Assembly: GCA_004764695.1 (NCBI GenBank)
Contig: SMSO01000037.1
Span: 782,747-846,746, forward strand
DNA length: 64,000 nt
Origin: Schizochytrium sp. TIO01
Lineage: Eukaryota; Protista; Bigyra: Labyrinthulomycetes
Direction of reading: 5' to 3'
Shown here: positions 57,258-64,000 of the stretch, piece after piece
How the letters are laid out: every line of letters begins with the position of its first letter
Position numbering within the stretch: position 1 is the first letter of the stretch
Translations under genes and position numbers: made by a program
The notes under the pieces: model-generated
Told to the model about the DNA's origin: nothing
The model's database searches: none
Seen by the model: the letters and a program-made list of their open reading frames with translations, nothing else

Positions 57258-60200
57258 ATGGGCCAGCTGCTTGGAAAGGCCCGTCTTCGCGAGGCAGCTG
57301 AGCCCTTTGTGAACTTGGACCAGCAAGGTGTCTATATGCTTTGGGAGGCTTTCAATGATGTTGCCGAAGGCTTTGGTATCAATGTTGACGAACTCACAGA
57401 GATCTGTATGGCTTTGCAAAACACAACTTTCATGCACGCTCCGAAACAAGTCATTTTGAAGATTGTTGAACTTGTTTTCACAGCACTGGACACAGACCAA
57501 AACAATCTTGTAGATTCTCTCGAGGCACTTGTGACCCTATGCATGCTTTCGGGCATGGAGCTTCGCGACAAGGCTAAATTTTGCTTCATGTGCTACGACT
57601 TTGATGAAAGTGGAGAAATCACTGTGGATGAGCTGACCCTTCTACTTAAATCATGTGCCACTGGCTTATGCAAACTTGATCGTGAAACTCCTGTGCCCGA
57701 GGAGGTTCGTATTGAACAGGTCTCTCACGAAGCATTCCGTCGCAGTGGCAAAGCTGAAGATGTGAGGATTACTTGCGAGGAGTTCATTGACTATTGCTGC
57801 AGTACTCCTGAGATCATTGCATGGTGTGATTTTTTTGACGACGCGCAGGACTTTCGCGCTATAGAACAATTTGCATCCGTTATCGACGACAGTTCTGGGG
57901 TGGCAGAGAAGCGGCGAGCAAGTAAGAGGAACCTCTTTGCAGCTAATGAATCTCTCGATAGCATTTTGATGGAAGAGGCATCTGCTACTTTACGCCCTGG
58001 AGTTGAACTCCGTGCAAGGGACCCTGATAGCTACAAAATGCGAAAGCCGACCAAGCTAGAGCGCGATGCTGCTCAAAACATGGCACGCCCGTGGTTAGAA
58101 ACTGCAGGAATGACAATTCCTACACAAAAGCCCAACGTTAAAATCTCTCAGCCTGATGAAGATGCGCTCCAACTTGACTGGGTTCATGGATATTCTGCAC
58201 AGCATTCTCGAGGTACTCTTCGCTACACGGCTGCTGGGGATCTAGTATATAATGCTGCCTGTGTAGGGATTGTTTATAGTCTTGAGTCCCATGAGCAGAG
58301 ATTTAATTTAGATCACACTGATGAAATTCGTAGTCTTGCCTTGCATCCAGACAGTAATATCGTAGCTACAGGCGAGCGTGGTCATCCACCTAAGATTCAT
58401 GTCTGGGACTCCTCCAATATGAAGATTATTGTTACTCTACGCGGAGTTCACCAAGGTGGAATTGGCTGTCTCTCCTTCTCCCCGGAGCCTGAAGGCCGCT
58501 GGCTCCTCTCAGTGGGTCAGGACTCGGAGCACACTGTCGCCTTATACGATTGGGCTAAGCGCACACTTGTGTTTTCTTCAAAGTCTACCCGCTGTCGAGT
58601 TCTAGACTGCATCTTCCGCTGGCCTTCAAAGGATATATCTGCAGGTGCCCCACCAACGTTTGTTACATGTGGAGAAAACCATCTTTCCTTTTGGAACCAG
58701 GATGACAATCGAACTCAAAAGAAAGGTATCTATGGCAAAATTGGCGCTCCCCAGCCAATGTTAACGTTGGCATGCCACCCCAAGAATAATCGTGTTATTT
58801 CGGGTAGTTTATCCGGCCACCTGTACGTATGGGATGGTAACCGCAACCTACAGAGGACGATCAAGGCACATGACTCTGCAGTCACTGCTCTATATTTTCA
58901 TAGCACCGGCCTGCTAAGTGGAGGCGCTGACGGGAAGATTCGTCTTTGGTCGCTCGAGCTTGAGCAAGGGGCAATATTTGATGTATCTGGCCTTGGAAGT
59001 CTATCCCCTGGTGTGTCGAGTGTTTGTTATAGCTACGACGCTTCCAAGATTCTTGTTGGCACTCGAGCAGGGGAGATTTTTGAAATGTCGTCTGAAGATG
59101 GATCTAATCTTCATCCTGGTCCGCTTTCAACAAGCCACTATTTTGGAGAGTTGCATGGACTTGCCATGCATCCTCATAAACCAGAATTTTGTACCGTTGG
59201 AGACGATCAAACAGTGCGAATTTGGGACATTGAAACTCGCCGGATGGTACGTATGGTCAAGATTGACACAAAAGCACGTGCCTGTGCTTATTCTCCAGAT
59301 GGAACGCTGATCGCTGTAGGCCTTGGCGGCACGGGACCTGGCGTAAACGGTGGTGCTAGTAAGAAAGATGGAGCTTTCGTGATTCTTAATGAGGCTGACC
59401 TGTGTATTGTTCATGAGGCTCGTGACTCTAAAAAGTGGATTGCTGAAGTCAAGTTTTCAGCTGATGGAGATACTCTTGGAATCGGCTCAGCTGATAATGC
59501 AATTTATCTGTACAATGTAGAAGACTTCGCTTCAAAAGGAAAAGCCAAGGGACACCATGGAGCATTAAGAAACATTGACTTCAGTGAGGACAACCAATGT
59601 TTGCAATCCGACTGTGCTGCGGGTGATTTACTCTTCTGGAACGCAAACACAGGTGAACAATATAAGAAGCCCTCAACAATGCGCGATGTGGAATGGACCA
59701 CGCAAACTGTTCCGGTTGGTTATTACTGTCAAGGAATGTGGAATGCTCCTGGTGCTCTTGACATTGTCACTGTTGATCGTTCTCGATCTTCGCGTGTGTT
59801 CATAGCAGGTGATGAAGTAGGACGTCTAAGGCTTTTTCGCTATCCAGTTCCTGAGCCAAATCAGGGATTCCATGAGTATCGTGGACATTCCAGTAGTATC
59901 AGACGAGCAAGATTTTCATTTGATGACTCTTTTGTGATCTCAGTTGGTAAAAGTGATCGTTGTCTAATGCAGTGGCGTCATCAATCTGACCATGATGACA
60001 GTGAGGACGCAGAAGGTGCCAATGCAGAGGGTAGTGAGCAGGCTATGTATGTACATGATCCAGATAGTGAGGATGAAATGGATTACTTGGACGGTGCTAT
60101 CCTGGATCGTGACGAAACACGTGACGCCATCTACAATTGCAAAGAGGATCAAGCTGCAACGGATTCTCGATTAATCAACGATGAATATTTTGATGACACT

Positions 60201-63200
60201 GATGAAGAACGGGAAGAGCTGTATGAGGAAATTCGAAAGGCAAAGGGCTCTGGTGCTGGTGATGGAGATGCAAAACCAGGTGATAATGTAGGGGACGATG
60301 AAAAGTTACCAGAGCGACCTTGGGTACGACTTGCTGTAGCACCTTCCATTCCTCCCCGGGAGGATCCCACGGCTCCAGATGAAGACATGACTTTGGAGTG
60401 GGTTCATGGTTGCAACGCTCAGGTCTCGCGCAACTCAGTATTCTATCTGCACAACGGAGATATTTCATATCCTGCTGCGAGCCTTGGCGTCATTTACAGC
60501 AAACAGGGTGGAGGGGTCCAAAGATTCTTCACAGATCATAGTGACCAAGTTGTATGCTTGTGTTTGCATCCTGATAAAAAGCTCTTGGCAACTGCCCAAA
60601 TGGGACGTGAGCCTAAAATTATCATTTGGGACTCCGAAACGATGGAAGCAGTTCAGACTTTGGCAGGATATCATAAACGTGGAGTTGTAGCACTTCGGTT
60701 CTCTCGAGACGGTGACAGCCTGGTATCTGCAGGCTTAGATGATGAGCACAGTATTGCAGTTTACGATTGGAAGAATGGTATTGTCTCTGTACATTGTAGT
60801 GGTGGTGAAAGCAAGGTAATGGATGTTGATTTTCGCCCTGATGGACTTGGCTTAGTGCAATGTGGTGTAAATCATGTGAAATTCCATGAGTTGCGTGGTC
60901 GCAATGTTGTTACGCGGAGTGCTATTCTAGGCAAGAAGGGTAAGCTCCAGATTTTTTATAGTATCGCCTGGGCCGGTACTCGATCTGTTGTCAGCACTGC
61001 AGACGGTCATTTGTACGCCTTTGATGGACGTACGCTTCACCAGTCCGTGAAGGGTCATGAAGGGGCTGTCTTGTGTCTGTATTCCTGTGGTGAGGGTCTA
61101 GTAAGTGGTGGTAAAGACGGATTTGTTCGTTTGTGGACTCCCGGTCTAGAAATGAAAGCCCAATTTGAGGTTACCCAGGGGCTTCATAGTATTCGCAGCG
61201 TTTGCTGGAACCCAGAAGAAAACCGTATAGTGGTAGCCAATCGCGCTTGTGAAATTGTTGAAATCAGTGCTGCTGATGGCACAGATCTCAATAATGGCGT
61301 TCCTCTTGTTCAGGGGCATTACAAGCATGAGCTTTGGGGACTTGCTATGCACCCAACCAAACCGGAGTACTGCACCGTTGGTGACGATCAAACAGTTCGG
61401 GTCTGGGATGTTGCAACGCATAAGGTATTGCGTTCTATGAAGCTAGACACCATGGCCCGTGCCGTGACGTATTCTCCAGATGGCAACAAAATTGCTGTCG
61501 GTCTTGGCGCTCGAGTAGGCAAAGGCCGCCAGAAGAAAGATGGAGCCTTCGTTGTTCTCAATGAAAAGGACCTTGCCATGGTCCATGAGGGACGCAATTC
61601 AAAGCAGTGGATTACAGATATCAAGTTCTCCCCCGACGGTGCAACCCTAGCGCTAGGTTCATACGATAATAGTGTTTATCTCTATGATATTGGTGGCGGT
61701 TATGCTGTCAAAGGTGTCTTTGAGGGACACAATAGCTTCATTACGCATTTAGATATCTCTGCGGATGGTCAATTTGTGCAAACGAATTGTGGCGCGTATG
61801 AACTTAAGTACTGTGACGCAAATTCTGGTACTGACATTCCTGCTGTCTCAACACTGAAGGATGTTCAATGGAGCAGCTGGACGTGTCCTCTAGGCTGGCC
61901 TGTGAAGGGCATTCATCCCACTAACTCGCGTACTGAATTCCATGCTGTACATCGTAGTAGCTCTGGGCAGTTATTACTCTCAGCAGATGAATACGGGCGA
62001 GTTGATTTGTACAAATACCCTTGCATTGACTCTATTGCGGGACGCAAGACCTACCGAGGACATTCTGGTGATGTGCGCAATGCAAGGTTTACTTGTGATG
62101 ACGCATATGCCATTACGGTAGGTGGATCCGATCGCTGCATTATGCAATGGAGGTTGGATCTCGGGGATGACGAGGTTGCTGTTGCTGCTGGCGAGTCGGG
62201 CAGAGATAGTGATATTGTCCACGAGGCGAAGGGGGCCGGGCCCGACGGAATTAAAGGTAGCGGCGAAGGCGAGTTTGTTGCCGTTCGGCCTTGGCTTAGT
62301 GCTGTTGTTCCGCCGACAGGAGCTCCATCAGCCTCTGAACATGGCGAGGATGCGCCTGCTGGAGTCCAAGTAGAGTTGGATTTCATCTATGGACATCGTT
62401 CTCATGACGTTCGAAACAACTTACGATACAACTGCAATGGCCAGGTCGTTTACTTCGGCGCAGCAGTAGGCATTGTGTACAACAAAGCTTTGCATTCGCA
62501 AAGTTTTTACTTGGGGCATGACGGGCGCCCGATCATATCACTCTCTATGCATCCAACGGGGAAGTTTGTTGCAACCGGTGAGGGCAGCTGTAGCAATCGC
62601 CGGCGTCCGGGGAGTGCAGTTCGTGTTCACATTTGGAATGCAATGACTGGATCTTCAATTATGAAGCTTCCAGCGTTGCATTCAACAGCAGCTTCCCAGC
62701 TTTGCTTCAGTGCAGACGGATCTCGACTCGTCTCCGTTGGTGAAGATGAGAACCACACGATAATGGTATGGCGATCTGACTCTGGTACTTGGATTGACAC
62801 TAAGTTGCAGGCAAAAGCTATGGGCGGACAGCAAAAGGTCCTTTTTGCGTTGTTTTACGGGTCTGCTGAGCTTGCAACAGGTGGTGTAAACCACATTACA
62901 TTTTGGAAATTGAACGGTGGTGTGCTAACTCCACGCAGAGGTATCTTTGGTCGAAAAGGTAAGATTCAGCCTTTGCTATGTGCTGCAACCCTCGAAGGGG
63001 TTGGAGCCTCAGCAAAGATTGCAACTGGTGCCGTCACGGGTCATTTGTATGTATGGTCTGATGGAGAGGTCATCAAGTCGGTCAAGGCGCACGATCGATC
63101 TGTCAATGCAATTCATGCATGCAAACTTGGCCTAGTAACAGGCAGCAAGGATGGTGTTGTAAAATTATGGGATTCGAAGCTCTCCCCAATTCGAACATTT

Positions 63201-64000
63201 GATATGAGCGAGGCAATCCCGACGCCTCATCGTCCCCCGGTGAGATCTGTATGTTGGGATTCGGTTCGGGGCACTGTTTTGGTTGGCACCCAAGGAAGCG
63301 AAATATATGAATTGACGACAGCCAATCTATCTGTAGCTCTCCTGTCCCAAGGACACGCTATGGACGAGCTACATGGTTTAGCTCCTAGTCCGATCGATCC
63401 TAATCTGTTCGTGACTGCTGGCGATGATCAAACAGTGCGACTATGGGACGCTTCAAAGCACCGAATGATCTCGGAGCGCAATGTGGGATGTATGACTCGG
63501 GCTGTGTGCTGGTCACCAGATGGAGCAACACTTGGTGTTGGCTTGGGGGGTACAGTGGGTCGGGGCCGTCAGAAGAAGGATGGTGTAGTGATGGTTCTGC
63601 GTGGGTCCGGAGCCCTAGACCTTCTTCATGAGACCCGTGACTCTAAAGAGTGGATTGCCGATGCTAAATATTCACCAGATGGCGAAACTCTTGCAGTAGC
63701 ATCCTACGACAATAAAATCTACCTCTACGATGTGAACAAAAACTACGAGTTGAGGGCGAAGTGCGAAGGCCACAACTCTTTTGTTCTTCACATTGACTTT
63801 AGTGAAGACTCTGAATATCTTCGTTCCAATTGTGGCGGGTACGACCTTCTTTTTCACAAAGTAGAAGATGGAGCCGTTGTTAACTCTCCCTCGATGCTTA
63901 AAGATATCAAATGGGCAACCACGACGTGTTGCTTATGCTGGTCTGTGCAAGGTATCTGGCCTGAGGTTACCGATTCAACGATGTACAATGCGTGCGATGC
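57258..64000 (+). CDS. EML5/EML6-like (echinoderm microtubule-associated protein-like) WD40 protein with N-terminal EF-hand domain; 3'-truncated by window
   Basis: Absent from the ORF track, consistent with no in-frame stop before the window end. The ATG at 57258 (MGQLLGKA...) and the final codons (GIWPEVTDSTMYNACD) are in the same frame. EF-hand loops DTDQNNLVDSLE and DFDESGEITVDE; three HELP-like motifs (LQLDWVHGY ~58170, MTLEWVHGC ~60390, VELDFIYGH ~62370), each followed by WD40 repeats. Confidence 0.92.
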   Translation, partial: MGQLLGKARLREAAEPFVNLDQQGVYMLWEAFNDVAEGFGINVDELTEICMALQNTTFMHAPKQVILKIVELVFTALDTDQNNLVDSLEALVTLCMLSGMELRDKAKFCFMCYDFDESGEITVDELTLLLKSCATGLCKLDRETPVPEEVRIEQVSHEAFRRSGKAEDVRITCEEFIDYCCSTPEIIAWCDFFDDAQDFRAIEQFASVIDDSSGVAEKRRASKRNLFAANESLDSILMEEASATLRPGVELRARDPDSYKMRKPTKLERDAAQNMARPWLETAGMTIPTQKPNVKISQPDEDALQLDWVHGYSAQHSRGTLRYTAAGDLVYNAACVGIVYSLESHEQRFNLDHTDEIRSLALHPDSNIVATGERGHPPKIHVWDSSNMKIIVTLRGVHQGGIGCLSFSPEPEGRWLLSVGQDSEHTVALYDWAKRTLVFSSKSTRCRVLDCIFRWPSKDISAGAPPTFVTCGENHLSFWNQDDNRTQKKGIYGKIGAPQPMLTLACHPKNNRVISGSLSGHLYVWDGNRNLQRTIKAHDSAVTALYFHSTGLLSGGADGKIRLWSLELEQGAIFDVSGLGSLSPGVSSVCYSYDASKILVGTRAGEIFEMSSEDGSNLHPGPLSTSHYFGELHGLAMHPHKPEFCTVGDDQTVRIWDIETRRMVRMVKIDTKARACAYSPDGTLIAVGLGGTGPGVNGGASKKDGAFVILNEADLCIVHEARDSKKWIAEVKFSADGDTLGIGSADNAIYLYNVEDFASKGKAKGHHGALRNIDFSEDNQCLQSDCAAGDLLFWNANTGEQYKKPSTMRDVEWTTQTVPVGYYCQGMWNAPGALDIVTVDRSRSSRVFIAGDEVGRLRLFRYPVPEPNQGFHEYRGHSSSIRRARFSFDDSFVISVGKSDRCLMQWRHQSDHDDSEDAEGANAEGSEQAMYVHDPDSEDEMDYLDGAILDRDETRDAIYNCKEDQAATDSRLINDEYFDDTDEEREELYEEIRKAKGSGAGDGDAKPGDNVGDDEKLPERPWVRLAVAPSIPPREDPTAPDEDMTLEWVHGCNAQVSRNSVFYLHNGDISYPAASLGVIYSKQGGGVQRFFTDHSDQVVCLCLHPDKKLLATAQMGREPKIIIWDSETMEAVQTLAGYHKRGVVALRFSRDGDSLVSAGLDDEHSIAVYDWKNGIVSVHCSGGESKVMDVDFRPDGLGLVQCGVNHVKFHELRGRNVVTRSAILGKKGKLQIFYSIAWAGTRSVVSTADGHLYAFDGRTLHQSVKGHEGAVLCLYSCGEGLVSGGKDGFVRLWTPGLEMKAQFEVTQGLHSIRSVCWNPEENRIVVANRACEIVEISAADGTDLNNGVPLVQGHYKHELWGLAMHPTKPEYCTVGDDQTVRVWDVATHKVLRSMKLDTMARAVTYSPDGNKIAVGLGARVGKGRQKKDGAFVVLNEKDLAMVHEGRNSKQWITDIKFSPDGATLALGSYDNSVYLYDIGGGYAVKGVFEGHNSFITHLDISADGQFVQTNCGAYELKYCDANSGTDIPAVSTLKDVQWSSWTCPLGWPVKGIHPTNSRTEFHAVHRSSSGQLLLSADEYGRVDLYKYPCIDSIAGRKTYRGHSGDVRNARFTCDDAYAITVGGSDRCIMQWRLDLGDDEVAVAAGESGRDSDIVHEAKGAGPDGIKGSGEGEFVAVRPWLSAVVPPTGAPSASEHGEDAPAGVQVELDFIYGHRSHDVRNNLRYNCNGQVVYFGAAVGIVYNKALHSQSFYLGHDGRPIISLSMHPTGKFVATGEGSCSNRRRPGSAVRVHIWNAMTGSSIMKLPALHSTAASQLCFSADGSRLVSVGEDENHTIMVWRSDSGTWIDTKLQAKAMGGQQKVLFALFYGSAELATGGVNHITFWKLNGGVLTPRRGIFGRKGKIQPLLCAATLEGVGASAKIATGAVTGHLYVWSDGEVIKSVKAHDRSVNAIHACKLGLVTGSKDGVVKLWDSKLSPIRTFDMSEAIPTPHRPPVRSVCWDSVRGTVLVGTQGSEIYELTTANLSVALLSQGHAMDELHGLAPSPIDPNLFVTAGDDQTVRLWDASKHRMISERNVGCMTRAVCWSPDGATLGVGLGGTVGRGRQKKDGVVMVLRGSGALDLLHETRDSKEWIADAKYSPDGETLAVASYDNKIYLYDVNKNYELRAKCEGHNSFVLHIDFSEDSEYLRSNCGGYDLLFHKVEDGAVVNSPSMLKDIKWATTTCCLCWSVQGIWPEVTDSTMYNACD

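Noticed and set aside
57213-63857. The many short ORFs listed across 57-64 kb
   Set aside because: They are alternative-frame or antisense shadows of the single EML-like ORF that starts at 57258.

Overview
Gene-dense, nearly intron-free eukaryotic DNA. The style and gene content suggest a stramenopile protist, most likely a labyrinthulomycete/thraustochytrid (inference). There is no rRNA, convincing tRNA, CRISPR array or intact transposon. Recognisable housekeeping genes are NBP35/NUBP1, eIF1/SUI1, a PlsC-type acyltransferase, NOG2, PLPBP/YggS, riboflavin kinase, ATP10, SF3A3/PRP9 and a divergent NAP1/NCKAP1. The more unusual loci are: (1) a ~1,730-aa EF-hand/FN3 protein split by a +1 frameshift, with two PriCT-2-like segments and EF-hands nested inside FN3 domains; (2) a Dictyostelium PdeD/PdeE-type metallo-beta-lactamase + cNMP-binding phosphodiesterase; (3) an apicomplexan IMP (immune mapped protein)-like gene; (4) a doubly frameshifted PD-(D/E)xK nuclease + pseudokinase gene of Crinkler-effector-like architecture; (5) a >2,200-codon EF-hand + EML5/6-like ORF from 57258 to the window end, which the supplied ORF track omits. 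All family assignments come from motif recognition by eye and memory, not from database searches.
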